From an uncultured Candidatus Saccharibacteria bacterium (GTDB taxonomy: Bacteria > Patescibacteriota > Minisyncoccia > Phycocordibacterales > UBA9973), in the NCBI GenBank assembly GCA_964563615.1, contig CAZLWF010000003.1, positions 3,237 through 67,236 of the forward strand: a DNA stretch of 64,000 nucleotides, read 5' to 3'. Under the pieces are notes generated by a model. It saw only the letters and a list, made by a program, of their open reading frames with translations, was not told where the DNA came from and ran no database searches. The stretch's first letter is position 1. Each line of letters opens with the position of its first letter. Positions 9,575 through 19,695 of the stretch are shown piece by piece. A program made the translations under genes and the position numbers.

Positions 9575-10591
9575 ATGTCAAGCGATTCGAAACAACCAAT
9601 CAAGTCCGATGATCATTACCTCGATACGACCTTGCGGCCAAATACATGGGATGAATACATCGGGCAAAATCATATTAAAGAAAATCTGCAAATTCTTCTT
9701 CGCGCTGCACATGAGCGCAGTCACACTGCCGAGCATATTTTGTTTTATGGTCCACCAGGTCTCGGCAAAACCACCCTTGCACACTTAATCGCCAAAGAAA
9801 CTGGCAGGCAGATGAAAACCACTTCAGGCCCAGCGATCGAGAAAGTTGGCGACCTTGCATCCATACTCACCAATCTCTCTCCAGGTGACATTCTTTTTAT
9901 CGACGAGATTCACCGGCTCAACAAAATGATCGAGGAAGTACTCTATCCCGCCATGGAGAGCGGCATTCTCGATATCATCATCGGCAAAGGTCCTTCTGCG
10001 CGAACCATCCAACTCGATTTACCACCATTTACCCTCATCGCCGCAACAACACGCATCTCACTCCTGTCGGCTCCTCTTCGATCGAGATTCTCAGGTGGCA
10101 CCTTCCGCCTCGAGTTCTACACTGAGTCTGAAATCACCGAGATTGTGAAGCGTTCAGCAAGCATTTTGGGTGTTACGATCGATGAAGAAGCCATCGGAGA
10201 AATTGCCAAACGTAGCCGCTTTACACCACGTACCGCCAACTATTTCTTGAAACGCTGTCGCGACTATGCACAAGTCCACAAGAAAGATTTGGACAAGAAG
10301 ACTGTATTTTTGGCATTATCCCTTCTGGGCATCGATGAACTTGGTCTTTCTGAAATTGATCGAGCAGTGCTCACTGTCATCATTGAGAAATTCGGTGGTG
10401 GCCCTGTAGGACTCAACACCATCGCAGCAGCGACGAGCGAAGAAGAAGCAACTATCGAAGAAGTCGTTGAGCCATATCTCATCCAGCGAGGATTACTTGA
10501 TCGAACTGCGCGCGGCCGCACAGCAACCAAGAAAGCATATGGACACTTGGGATTTGAGTATAAAGGAGATGCACCAGAGAAATTGATATAA
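9575..10591 (+). CDS. ruvB: Holliday junction branch migration helicase RuvB
   Basis: 338 aa with LRP..WDEYIGQ, Walker A GPPGLGKTTLA, Walker B LFIDEIHRL, and the RuvB C-terminal winged helix. Confidence 0.95.
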   Translation: MSSDSKQPIKSDDHYLDTTLRPNTWDEYIGQNHIKENLQILLRAAHERSHTAEHILFYGPPGLGKTTLAHLIAKETGRQMKTTSGPAIEKVGDLASILTNLSPGDILFIDEIHRLNKMIEEVLYPAMESGILDIIIGKGPSARTIQLDLPPFTLIAATTRISLLSAPLRSRFSGGTFRLEFYTESEITEIVKRSASILGVTIDEEAIGEIAKRSRFTPRTANYFLKRCRDYAQVHKKDLDKKTVFLALSLLGIDELGLSEIDRAVLTVIIEKFGGGPVGLNTIAAATSEEEATIEEVVEPYLIQRGLLDRTARGRTATKKAYGHLGFEYKGDAPEKLI

Positions 10592-10592
10592 G

Positions 10593-10618
10593 AAAACCCG
10601 ATTTAAAATCGGGTTTTT
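10593..10618. terminator. bidirectional terminator (cccgattt a aaatcggg)
   Basis: Stem-loop flanked by an A-run and a T-run, between convergent ruvB and 10620..11168. Confidence 0.7.
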
Positions 10619-10619
10619 G

Positions 10620-11168
10620 TTATCCAATCTTTATTAAAATTCTATACTCCTTTTTGTCGACAGATAAATGAATATACCTTGAAGGCAGGATTCTATATGG
10701 AAGATGCCTCATTCTAAGGTTCATACCCTTAAAAATAGAATTCTTATAGCTAGACAAAAATGGTTTTGCTAGATTCTCATTAGCTGCTTTTCTTACATCA
10801 TATAGTGACAATGAGGCTGATTGTCCTAAAGCTTTCCATATATTATAAACAAAGAGATAAGCATCATTCCCTTTAAGAGCACGGCGAATGCGATTCCAAT
10901 CATTATCAGATAGATCAATATCAAGATATGGTCCGTCTCTCCGATATTTTATTTTATTAACAAGAGCTTGATCCGTTGGATATTTGACAATGAGCCTAGA
11001 TTTGCTTTTTAGCTCAACTTCTAAGTCTTCTCCTTTGTCAATAATTATTTTACTTTTTAAGTTCTGTTTGATTTTCTTTTCAAGAGATGTTTTTTGTTTT
11101 AACAAATTTTCAAGTTCTACCATAAAAAGAATTTGCCTTATAATACGAGAATAATTTCTGTATGTCAA
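10620..11168 (-). CDS. hypothetical protein (182 aa or shorter)
   Basis: Lys-rich ORF with no recognisable motif. It sits antisense to the surrounding ruvB-yebC-ruvC genes. The true start may be the internal MVELENLL. Confidence 0.55.
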   Translation of the reverse strand: MTYRNYSRIIRQILFMVELENLLKQKTSLEKKIKQNLKSKIIIDKGEDLEVELKSKSRLIVKYPTDQALVNKIKYRRDGPYLDIDLSDNDWNRIRRALKGNDAYLFVYNIWKALGQSASLSLYDVRKAANENLAKPFLSSYKNSIFKGMNLRMRHLPYRILPSRYIHLSVDKKEYRILIKIG

Positions 11169-11208
11169 AAAACTTGAACCTATTCGCTAATCCCTATACA
11201 CTGTCTCC

Positions 11209-11733
11209 ATGTCTGGACATTCTAAGTGGTCACAAATCAAACGACAAAAAGGTGCGACTGATGCCAAGAAAAGCCAAATCTTTGGCAAACTTTCACGACT
11301 CATTTCAACAAACGTGAAATTGGCTCACGGCGACAGAAATGCTCCAGCTGTACGAGCTGTTATAGAAAAAGCCCAAATGGCAAATATGCCCAAAGACACT
11401 ATCGAACGTGCAATACAAAAAGCCACTGAGACGAAAGACATGGAGCACATTACCTACGAAGCATATGGTCCAGGCGGTGTTGGGATCATTGTTGAGACAT
11501 TGACCGACAACCGCAATCGCACCGCACAAGAAATCAAGCACATTTTTTCAAATCATACGTTCGCGCTCGCGGGCATCGGATCTGTTACGTGGGCATTTGT
11601 AAAAGAAGATGGAGAACTAAAAGCAACGACGACCATTGCCCTATCTGATGAAGACACCACCAGGCTTGAAACACTTGTTGAGGAGTTAGAAGCTAATGAA
11701 GACGTGCAGCATGTCTACACTAATGCCGAATAA
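11209..11733 (+). CDS. yebC: YebC/PmpR-family transcriptional regulator (short form)
   Basis: Starts MSGHSKWSQIKRQKGATDAKKSQIFGKL, the signature N-terminus of the YebC family. At 174 aa it is shorter than the usual ~240 aa. Confidence 0.85.
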   Translation: MSGHSKWSQIKRQKGATDAKKSQIFGKLSRLISTNVKLAHGDRNAPAVRAVIEKAQMANMPKDTIERAIQKATETKDMEHITYEAYGPGGVGIIVETLTDNRNRTAQEIKHIFSNHTFALAGIGSVTWAFVKEDGELKATTTIALSDEDTTRLETLVEELEANEDVQHVYTNAE

Positions 11734-12214
11734 TAAAATAATTTTAGGCATTGACCCAGGTTACGACAGAATCGGTGTCGCCATACTTGAAGGTAGTAAA
11801 AATCTACTTTATTCAGATTGCATTACGACAAATCCAAAAGATGATTTTTGTGACCGACTAGTTATGCTCGGTAATGATGTTGAGAAACTTATAAAAGAAT
11901 ACAAACCTCAAATACTCTCGATTGAGAAACTTTTCTTTACCACCAATCAAAAAACTGCGATGCAAGTAGCTGAGGCCAGAGGTGCGATCATGTATCTTGC
12001 CCGCCAACATGGCTTGGAAATTATGGAATTTACACCGATGGAGATCAAGGTAGCCGTCACAGGTTATGGCAAGGCAACCAAAGAAAATGTGCACGATATG
12101 GTAAGAAAATTAATCGATATTCCAATAAAAAATACTCTTGATGACGAGATCGATGCTATAGCAATAGCGCTTACCGGCGAGGCATGCCAGCAGTCATACC
12201 AGCGAGGTAAATAG
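11723..12214 (+). CDS. ruvC: crossover junction endodeoxyribonuclease RuvC
   Basis: ILGIDPGYDRIGVAILE catalytic Asp motif, followed by a RuvC-like fold sequence. The start is moved to MPNNK (the ORF-track start at 11696 overlaps yebC further). Confidence 0.85.
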   Translation: MPNNKIILGIDPGYDRIGVAILEGSKNLLYSDCITTNPKDDFCDRLVMLGNDVEKLIKEYKPQILSIEKLFFTTNQKTAMQVAEARGAIMYLARQHGLEIMEFTPMEIKVAVTGYGKATKENVHDMVRKLIDIPIKNTLDDEIDAIAIALTGEACQQSYQRGK

Positions 12215-12320
12215 TTTTCCACAGTATTGGTATTTTTGTCTTGCAAAGCTAAACAACTTTTGTTAAAACTATCGCATACACAAAAGGTGTACTATATTCA
12301 TTTTATTTTTTGTAAAAAAT

Positions 12321-12464
12321 ATGTACGAAGAAGAAGAATTGATTGGTTTGGAATTAGGAGAGGAAGAAGATCCACTAGCAGATGATATTGATTCAGATCT
12401 TGATCCTTTAGCCGACGATGCAGTTGATGTGCCAGAAGAAGAGGAAGAAGAGGCAGGATACTAA
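12321..12464 (+). CDS. candidate small, extremely acidic protein (47 aa)
   Basis: Not in the ORF track (<60 aa). ATG at 12321 gives MYEEEELIGLELGEEEDPLADDIDSDLDPLADDAVDVPEEEEEEAGY, ending in TAA directly before a strong terminator. No obvious SD. Confidence 0.4.
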   Translation: MYEEEELIGLELGEEEDPLADDIDSDLDPLADDAVDVPEEEEEEAGY

Positions 12465-12465
12465 T

Positions 12466-12492
12466 AAAAACACCCCGATACGGGGTGTTTTT
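12466..12492. terminator. bidirectional intrinsic terminator (acaccccg ata cggggtgt)
   Basis: 8-bp GC stem flanked by A5 and T5, between the small acidic ORF (+) and tyrS (-). Confidence 0.8.
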
Positions 12493-12493
12493 A

Positions 12494-13906
12494 TTAGTCT
12501 GTGGCAATCTTTATGAAACGGTGTTTACCGATGCGAATCACGAGACTCTCAACAATTGGCATCTTGGTATCAGTGACAATAGTTTCCTTTTCACCATTGC
12601 CCATCACTATCTTGATTGCATTTTGAGCAATCAGTCTTGCAAACTCTGATTTTGATTCAACGATCCCTTTGTCCAATAGAAAATCAACAAGTGGGGTGCC
12701 GAGCTTTACCGCATGTTCTGGTATATGATCAGGCATTTCTTTTTTCTGGAATGTATTAACGAAAAAAGTTTCAGCACCACTCGCTTTCTGCTCACCGTGA
12801 TAGATAGCCACAATTTCCCGCGCTAGTCGCATTTTAAGATCCTTAGGGTTTACGTTGGCGTCAGTAAGCTTTGCTTTTATTTCATCGATTTCACTAAGTG
12901 GCGTAAAAGTAGCTAGTTCGAAGTAATTTGCGATTGATGCGTCCGGTATCGACATAACTTTGCCGTACATATCTTCTGGTGTATCAGTAATTGCAATATA
13001 ATTATCAAGACTTTTAGACATTTTTTCTTTACCATCGGTGCCGACAAGAAGATCACAAGCAAGAACTGCTTGCTCAGGTTGGGCATTAGCTTTCATAACA
13101 TCACGACCCATAAGCATGTTGAATGTTTGGTCAGTGCCACCAATTTCCAAATCACAGGTAGTATATATTCGCGCAAGCGCAAATGAGTCAATACCCTGTA
13201 GCACCGGGTAGAGCATTTCGTGCATATAGAGTTCCCGGCCATCTTCCATCCTCTTTTGAAACATATCCCGCTCGATAAGACGTGCATGAGTAATATGCTT
13301 GAGAGTCCATAAAAGTCCACGGAGTGTGATGGCAACAATGTTATCTGTATTATGTAGATGGGTAATTTGCATTCGTGTCTTTTCAAATAAAACAGATTTA
13401 CCAATAAATGAATTTGGTGCAAATGGCACACTCATTTTTTTGTGCTCACTATCTTCTATATCAAGCGATATAGCAGTGTCTTCTGATGGAGCAATATCAG
13501 TAATGCCAAAAAACCAATCCGAATTTCTAATCCACGAAAATACTCCGGGATCAATCGTGAGAATATTGCCTACTTGATCCAAATACGTTTGCATATTTAC
13601 TTCAACCTCCTTTTGATCCATTTCTGGCCGTATTTTATCTTTACCAGTTGGATCACCGATTCGTGCAGTAAAATCTCCAATAAGAAAAATAACTTTGCAG
13701 CCCATATCTTGAAATTTTCGCAATTTTCTAAGTACAACAGCATGACCTAAATGTATATCAGGACGTGTAGGATCAACACCAAATTTGATAACAACTTTTT
13801 CTGGAGTTTCTAAAATTTTCTTTTTGAACAATCCGTCAGGATCTATGAAAGAGCCCACACCACGGGAAAGGAGTTCATCTATTTCTTTTTCGGTTGGCTT
13901 TGCCAT
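12494..13906 (-). CDS. tyrS: tyrosine--tRNA ligase
   Basis: 470 aa. HIGH-type motif PDIHLGHAV, GDFTARIGDPTGK, KMSKS motif EKMSKSLDNY, and a C-terminal S4-like RNA-binding region. Confidence 0.85.
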   Translation of the reverse strand: MAKPTEKEIDELLSRGVGSFIDPDGLFKKKILETPEKVVIKFGVDPTRPDIHLGHAVVLRKLRKFQDMGCKVIFLIGDFTARIGDPTGKDKIRPEMDQKEVEVNMQTYLDQVGNILTIDPGVFSWIRNSDWFFGITDIAPSEDTAISLDIEDSEHKKMSVPFAPNSFIGKSVLFEKTRMQITHLHNTDNIVAITLRGLLWTLKHITHARLIERDMFQKRMEDGRELYMHEMLYPVLQGIDSFALARIYTTCDLEIGGTDQTFNMLMGRDVMKANAQPEQAVLACDLLVGTDGKEKMSKSLDNYIAITDTPEDMYGKVMSIPDASIANYFELATFTPLSEIDEIKAKLTDANVNPKDLKMRLAREIVAIYHGEQKASGAETFFVNTFQKKEMPDHIPEHAVKLGTPLVDFLLDKGIVESKSEFARLIAQNAIKIVMGNGEKETIVTDTKMPIVESLVIRIGKHRFIKIATD

Positions 13907-13975
13907 AGTGAGAGCCTAGCATATTTTGACTATTTTGTCCTTATAGAGCCCACTCATATGGTAGAATAAAGCTCT

Positions 13976-16480
13976 ATGAAATTAACGAAAAAAGAGAGAC
14001 ACTTTTTACGAAGCACTGCTCTCGTATCACTTTCTGTAGTAGTACTTATTTTATCAGCTGCTTTTATTTGGGTAGCAACACTACAAGTCCCTGACTTCCG
14101 AGCATTTGAAGACAGAAAAATTTCAAATTCAACAAAAATATATGACAAGACAGGACTCGTACTACTCTATGATGTCCATCATGACTACAAACGGACAGAG
14201 ATTCAACCTGAAGCCATGGGCACTAATATTAAAAATGCTACTGTCGCAATCGAGGATGCTGAATTCTACCAGCATAAAGGCATTCGTATTACTTCCATTA
14301 TACGTGCCGTGCTCATCAACCTTGCCCATGGAGAATTTTCCCAAGGCGGTTCGACGATTACCCAACAAATAGTCAAAAATACACTTCTCACCAAAGAAAA
14401 AACAATTACGCGCAAATTCAAAGAGTGGATTCTCGCGCTTAAACTTGAGCGAACAATGACAAAAGAGGAGATTCTCACCATTTATCTCAATGACAATCCA
14501 TACGGTGGCAGTATTTATGGTATTGAAGAAGCTTCAGTAACATACTTTGGGAAACATCCCTTGGATCTTACGCTCGCTGAAGCAGCATATTTGGCTGCTA
14601 TTCCTAAAGCTCCTAGCTACTATTCTCCTTTTGGAAAAAACCAGGATAAATTAGAGGAAAGAAAAAATCTTGTTTTGAATCGAATGAATGACTTGCATTT
14701 TATTACTCCCGAAGAATATGCCACTGCAAAAGCAGAGGCAGTTGTATTTTTACCGCAAGAACCGACAGGCATTAAAGCGCCACACTTCGTATTTTTTATT
14801 AAAGACTACTTAGTTCAAAAATATGGCGAAGATGTTGTAGAAAATGGAGGACTTAAAGTTATCACCACACTTGATTGGGATTTACAAGCAAAAGCGGAAG
14901 AAATCGTCAAACGAAACGCACTACTTAACGAGAAAAATTGGAACGCAACGAATGCTAGTATGGTTGCTATTGATGCAAAAACCGGGCAAATAATTACTAT
15001 GGTTGGTTCCAGGGATTACTTTGACAAGCAAATCGATGGTAATTTTAATATCGCAACAGCAAAACGTCAGCCTGGATCTTCATTTAAACCGTTTGTTTAT
15101 GCAACTGCATTTAATAAAGGATACACTCCAAATACCGTCGTCTTTGATGTGGCAACAGAATTTCAGAGTAGTTGTGATCCATATGGCAATGCCTATCCTG
15201 GACACTCTCAAAATGACTGCTACAGCCCGTCAAACTATGACAATAAGTATGTCGGCCCTATCAATCTCAGGAACGCACTTGCTCAATCTCGAAATATACC
15301 TGCAGTTAAGTTGTTATATTTAGCGGGAATTAAAGATGCAATAACGGTTGCCAGAAATATGGGTATTAGTACTCTTACTGATGCTTCAGTCTACGGCCTG
15401 ACGCTTGTGCTTGGAGGCGGTGAAGTTAGTTTACTCGATATGACATCCGCTTACAGTACATTTGCTACCGCAGGCATTCATCATGATCCAACAGGTATTA
15501 TAAGCGTCACTGATGAAGATGGTGCAACCCTTGAAACATACACTGACTCTTCAGAAACTGCGATTCCTAAAAACACTGCACTTATGATTTCTGATATCTT
15601 ATCTGATAACACTGCTCGCACACCACTTTTTGGAGCTAATTCATTTTTGTATTTTCCTGGACATGAAGTTGCAGGCAAAACAGGAACAACTAATAACAAC
15701 AAAGATGCTTGGCTTTTGGGATACACACCTGATGTTGCACTTGGTGTATGGTCTGGTAATAACGACAACAAACCAATGAAAAAAGGTTCAGCTATTGATG
15801 GACCTATGTGGAATGAATTCATGAAATTATTACTTGCTAAATATCCAAATTCTTCATTTGAAAAACCACTCATCAATAATGATCCATCGCTAAAACCAAT
15901 ACTACGCGGTGTATGGCAAGGAAATCAAAGCGTTGTTATCGATACTGTTTCTGGAAAACTAGCCACTGAATTGACCCCACCAGAAACGAGAAAAGAACTC
16001 GTCGTTACCGATGTCCATTCAATACTGTATTGGGTAAATAAAAATGACCCATTAGGACCCCCACCCGCTAATCCTGCCAGTGATCCAGAATTTGATCATT
16101 TTGAAACAACAGTACAAAACTGGTGGAATGCCAATAAATTTGCATATCCAAGTATTGTACCCAGCATGATTCCGACACTCGTCGATGATGTCCATACGAT
16201 AGGTCACATACCGACTGCAAAGCTCAATAGTCCTTCAGAAGAAGTAACCTATGGAGCAGCCAACCCTATTACCGTCGCCCTGCTCTATCAGGGTTTCTAC
16301 CCATTTCAAAAAATGGATATTTATGCCAATGATCAATATATAGGTACAACTTCATCACATACGTATACCTTTGTACCAAATGAATTAAATTCAACTAGTT
16401 CTATAAATAATCTAAAAGTTATCGTCTACGATAGCGTCTACAACCAGCAGATACTAAACTCAACCTTTAGTATTAATTAA
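13976..16480 (+). CDS. class A penicillin-binding protein (glycosyltransferase + transpeptidase)
   Basis: 834 aa with an N-terminal TM. GT51 motifs EDAEFYQHKGI, GGSTITQQ, RKFKEWILALKLE. Transpeptidase motifs SSFKP (SxxK), SRN, KTGTT. Confidence 0.9.
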   Translation: MKLTKKERHFLRSTALVSLSVVVLILSAAFIWVATLQVPDFRAFEDRKISNSTKIYDKTGLVLLYDVHHDYKRTEIQPEAMGTNIKNATVAIEDAEFYQHKGIRITSIIRAVLINLAHGEFSQGGSTITQQIVKNTLLTKEKTITRKFKEWILALKLERTMTKEEILTIYLNDNPYGGSIYGIEEASVTYFGKHPLDLTLAEAAYLAAIPKAPSYYSPFGKNQDKLEERKNLVLNRMNDLHFITPEEYATAKAEAVVFLPQEPTGIKAPHFVFFIKDYLVQKYGEDVVENGGLKVITTLDWDLQAKAEEIVKRNALLNEKNWNATNASMVAIDAKTGQIITMVGSRDYFDKQIDGNFNIATAKRQPGSSFKPFVYATAFNKGYTPNTVVFDVATEFQSSCDPYGNAYPGHSQNDCYSPSNYDNKYVGPINLRNALAQSRNIPAVKLLYLAGIKDAITVARNMGISTLTDASVYGLTLVLGGGEVSLLDMTSAYSTFATAGIHHDPTGIISVTDEDGATLETYTDSSETAIPKNTALMISDILSDNTARTPLFGANSFLYFPGHEVAGKTGTTNNNKDAWLLGYTPDVALGVWSGNNDNKPMKKGSAIDGPMWNEFMKLLLAKYPNSSFEKPLINNDPSLKPILRGVWQGNQSVVIDTVSGKLATELTPPETRKELVVTDVHSILYWVNKNDPLGPPPANPASDPEFDHFETTVQNWWNANKFAYPSIVPSMIPTLVDDVHTIGHIPTAKLNSPSEEVTYGAANPITVALLYQGFYPFQKMDIYANDQYIGTTSSHTYTFVPNELNSTSSINNLKVIVYDSVYNQQILNSTFSIN

Positions 16481-16734
16481 CGAATATCAATTATTGGAGA
16501 TGTTTCAAACACTTCATTAATTTCTTTCAGTACTGTATCTTTTTGTAAAAAAAGTTGGCTTTTTATGATTGGTTTTACAGAAAGATATATCACATTATTG
16601 GTGATTGCGATTTGATCAATAGAAATATTTTCCGCTACTGCTTTCGACAGTATAGAAGCTACAGCATCAAACGATTTCTTTTTTTTAAAAGTTTTACCTA
16701 ACGATGTAAGTAGTAATTCTTTGACTGTCTTCAT
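16477..16734 (-). CDS. small protein downstream of dnaN, possibly DUF721/DciA-like
   Basis: 85 aa, 3 nt after dnaN. The position and the pattern NNVIYLSVKPIIKSQLFLQKDTVLKEIN resemble DUF721 proteins. The assignment is tentative. Confidence 0.5.
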   Translation of the reverse strand: MKTVKELLLTSLGKTFKKKKSFDAVASILSKAVAENISIDQIAITNNVIYLSVKPIIKSQLFLQKDTVLKEINEVFETSPIIDIR

Positions 16735-16737
16735 ATA

Positions 16738-17835
16738 CTATCTATTCATAGGCATAATAAGATAACGGAATGTTGCATCTGATCCACCTTTAAGAATTAA
16801 AGGCTTATTTATTCCATTAAAGTTAAGTATTATACTATCTGCATTTATTGACTGGAAACAATCAATAATATACTTATAATTAAAACTAATCGTTATAGGC
16901 TCTCCTTCTAATGTTCCATCAACCATGGTCTTATTTTCGCCTACATCATTGTTTTTTGTCGCTAGGAAAAAGGCTTTTTGTGCTGGATCAATAGTAAAAG
17001 TAATCTGATTAAATTTATCAGAGAAAATATTTGCTATTTTTAAAGCCCGCATAAAATCTTCCTTTAGAACAACAACACTTGTTGTAATTTCTTTGGGAAT
17101 AATTTGTTTATAATCAGGAAAAATTGCATCAATAATGCGCGATGTGAGATATATGCCATCATATGCTATTGCTAGCTGGTTTTTACTTGCAGTAATAGTT
17201 ATATCATCATTTATTTCTTCAAAAATTCTTATTATTTCAATAATATTTTTATAAGGAATAAGAATACCAGGAAATTCAGAGTCATGGGAAATTTTTATTT
17301 TCTTTTCAGCAAGTCTAAATGAATCAGTAGCCACAAAACTAAGTACATCTGCATCAGTATATATATAAATACTTGCAATTTCAGGCTTTATATCTGATGT
17401 TGATGAACTATAATAAACTGATTTGATCCCTTCAATAAATTTCTTACATGAAATATGATGCTGTACCCCCTCAACGATAGGTATAGTTGGAAAATCCTCA
17501 TAGGAGGCAGTCTTTATCCTAGAAAAATTATTTTTACTCGTACAGACTAAACTATCATTTTCAAGAGTTAATGTTATGTTTTTTGTATCTGTTATTGTTG
17601 CTAAAAAGCGTGACAATACATCACCTTTTATTGCAACGACACCTTCTTTTTCAACGATAGCTGGAATTTCAATCTCAATACCTAAACTTAAATTAGTAGA
17701 GCGTAATTTTATTGATTTTCCTGAAGCGATAAGCAATATGCTTCCTAAAATAGGGAGTGATAAATTTTTCCCAGTAATTCTTTCTGCATATAGTATGCCT
17801 CGCAATAATTTTTCAACTGAGCATTCTAGTTTCAT
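16738..17835 (-). CDS. dnaN: DNA polymerase III beta sliding clamp
   Basis: 365 aa, three-domain clamp-like sequence ending LIMPMNR, located directly downstream of dnaA. Confidence 0.9.
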   Translation of the reverse strand: MKLECSVEKLLRGILYAERITGKNLSLPILGSILLIASGKSIKLRSTNLSLGIEIEIPAIVEKEGVVAIKGDVLSRFLATITDTKNITLTLENDSLVCTSKNNFSRIKTASYEDFPTIPIVEGVQHHISCKKFIEGIKSVYYSSSTSDIKPEIASIYIYTDADVLSFVATDSFRLAEKKIKISHDSEFPGILIPYKNIIEIIRIFEEINDDITITASKNQLAIAYDGIYLTSRIIDAIFPDYKQIIPKEITTSVVVLKEDFMRALKIANIFSDKFNQITFTIDPAQKAFFLATKNNDVGENKTMVDGTLEGEPITISFNYKYIIDCFQSINADSIILNFNGINKPLILKGGSDATFRYLIMPMNR

Positions 17836-18044
17836 AGTAGTAGTATTTATTTTATATAAAAATTAATTATTACTATTAGTCCTGTGGATATGTGGATTAC
17901 TATATAGAGTCATACATACCAACCTATTTTTCTGAATACTATTTTTTTGTAACTGCGATTGTATGGTTTTATTTTTCATAGCTATACTTTTTGCTTTTAA
18001 TTTTTTTATTTATACACAGTCTACACATCTCTATCCACACGTTA
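17836..18044. promoter_or_regulatory. probable oriC segment (AT-rich dnaA-dnaN spacer with DnaA boxes)
   Basis: TGTGGATA at 17883-17890 and TGTGGATTA at 17891-17899 are adjacent. TTATACACA is at 18010-18018 and CTATCCACA at 18031-18039. The rest of the spacer is strongly AT-rich. Confidence 0.65.
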
Positions 18045-19394
18045 TTATTTAAACATACCGCGTATTTGTTCAAGTTCTTGGGATAGATTTGGATTTCTTT
18101 TTAAATCCTCCTTAATCTTTAAAAATGAATGGATGACGGTAGTATGATCTTTACCACCTAGTTTCTGTCCTATGAGGGGATATGAAACATTAAAATCCTC
18201 ACGGAGAATATACATAATCATTTGCCTTGCGTGTACGATCTCTTTGCGTCGTGTTTTTTCATATATTGAGGATTCATCGATATTGTAAAATGTGGAAATA
18301 ATGTGTACGACTTCATCAATAGAAACATTTTTCTTTGGTTTGATGTTATTTTTTATAAGTCCTTTAACCTCACTCATTGAAATATCCTTATTTTTCAATC
18401 TCGTTTGGCAAATAATAGCATTTAAACTCCCTTCAAGTTCTCGAATACTACCACTTATAACTGATGCAGTATATTCTAAAACCTCATCAGAAATTTCAAT
18501 TTTCTGCTCTTGTAGTTTTGTTCTTAGTATTGCAAGCCTTGATTCATAATCAGGCTCAGTAATATCTACTATCATGCCCGCAGAAAACCTAGATTTTAGT
18601 CGATCCTCGAGTCCAGGGATATAATTTGGATGTTTATCTGAAGAAAAGATTATTTGTCGGTTACTCTCATAGAAAGTATTAAATGTATGAAATAATTCTT
18701 CTTGTGTTTTCTCCATCTTCCCTACAAATTGGATATCATCAATGATAAGGACGTCATACTTCCTGTATTTTTCTTTAAAATTGTTTGCTTTATTTGTTTG
18801 GAAAGAATTAATCAAGTCCGTTGCAAACTTCTCGAGGGTAATATAATGCACTTTTTTCTCAGGATACTTTGTTTTTATAGCATTACCAACACCCTGGATC
18901 AGGTGGGTCTTTCCTAGTCCTGTTCCACCATAGATGAAAAATGGGTTATAACTAGCGCCAGGTTTGCTAACAATAGCCTGCGCCGCTGCAAATGCTAGTT
19001 CATTGAATGATCCAACAATAAAGCTTTCAAATATATAGCGCGGATTTAAATTATCCTCTTTATTGATATATAAATCTTGGAGAGGTAATTCTTTGTTAAT
19101 AAAAGATTTCTGCTCAGTACTAGTCTCCTCTTTTGGTTTAATATCATAGCGAGTAATAGTATATTCTACAGCTCTGACATTTTCTGAATACTGCATCAAT
19201 GTCTTCAGTATCAGCTTGTGGTATTTATTACAAAGCCAATCTTTAACAAATTCATTTGGTACACCAATACAAGCGGTGCCATTTTCTTGACGAGTAATCG
19301 TCGTATTTTTAAACCATGTACTATAGTTTGCCCGCGAAACTGCTTGCTCTATATCGCCTAAACATTGTTCCCAAAGTTGTTTTGTATCTTGCAT
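18045..19394 (-). CDS. dnaA: chromosomal replication initiator DnaA
   Basis: 449 aa. Walker A GGTGLGKTHL, Walker B VLIIDDIQF, and the C-terminal DNA-binding domain ...HARQMIMYILRE...GGKDHTTVIHS. Confidence 0.95.
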   Translation of the reverse strand: MQDTKQLWEQCLGDIEQAVSRANYSTWFKNTTITRQENGTACIGVPNEFVKDWLCNKYHKLILKTLMQYSENVRAVEYTITRYDIKPKEETSTEQKSFINKELPLQDLYINKEDNLNPRYIFESFIVGSFNELAFAAAQAIVSKPGASYNPFFIYGGTGLGKTHLIQGVGNAIKTKYPEKKVHYITLEKFATDLINSFQTNKANNFKEKYRKYDVLIIDDIQFVGKMEKTQEELFHTFNTFYESNRQIIFSSDKHPNYIPGLEDRLKSRFSAGMIVDITEPDYESRLAILRTKLQEQKIEISDEVLEYTASVISGSIRELEGSLNAIICQTRLKNKDISMSEVKGLIKNNIKPKKNVSIDEVVHIISTFYNIDESSIYEKTRRKEIVHARQMIMYILREDFNVSYPLIGQKLGGKDHTTVIHSFLKIKEDLKRNPNLSQELEQIRGMFK

Positions 19395-19541
19395 AAGGTT
19401 GAAGTTAACCTATTATAGTCCCTTGTGAGGAAATGCCAACAGGGGTCAATTGGGATACCTTTGTTAATATCGTGTTAATAAGTTTTTCATCAATTTTTAG
19501 CTAGATATTGTTTTTTATTCAAATTCGCCTATACTAGCACT

Positions 19542-19688
19542 ATGCAAACCTATAAACCTAAAAAGCGTAAGCGAGCAAAGACTCACGGCTTTCTTGTCCG
19601 AAATAAGACAAAAAATGGCAAAAATGTCCTTCTTAGACGTCGCCGAAAGGGACGAGCGAAGCTTACTGTGTCCAAACCACGTAAATAA
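19542..19688 (+). CDS. rpmH: 50S ribosomal protein L34
   Basis: Not in the ORF track (48 aa). Translates to [48 protein letters not shown], ending in TAA. Confidence 0.9.
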   Translation: MQTYKPKKRKRAKTHGFLVRNKTKNGKNVLLRRRRKGRAKLTVSKPRK

Positions 19689-19695
19689 GCCTTAC

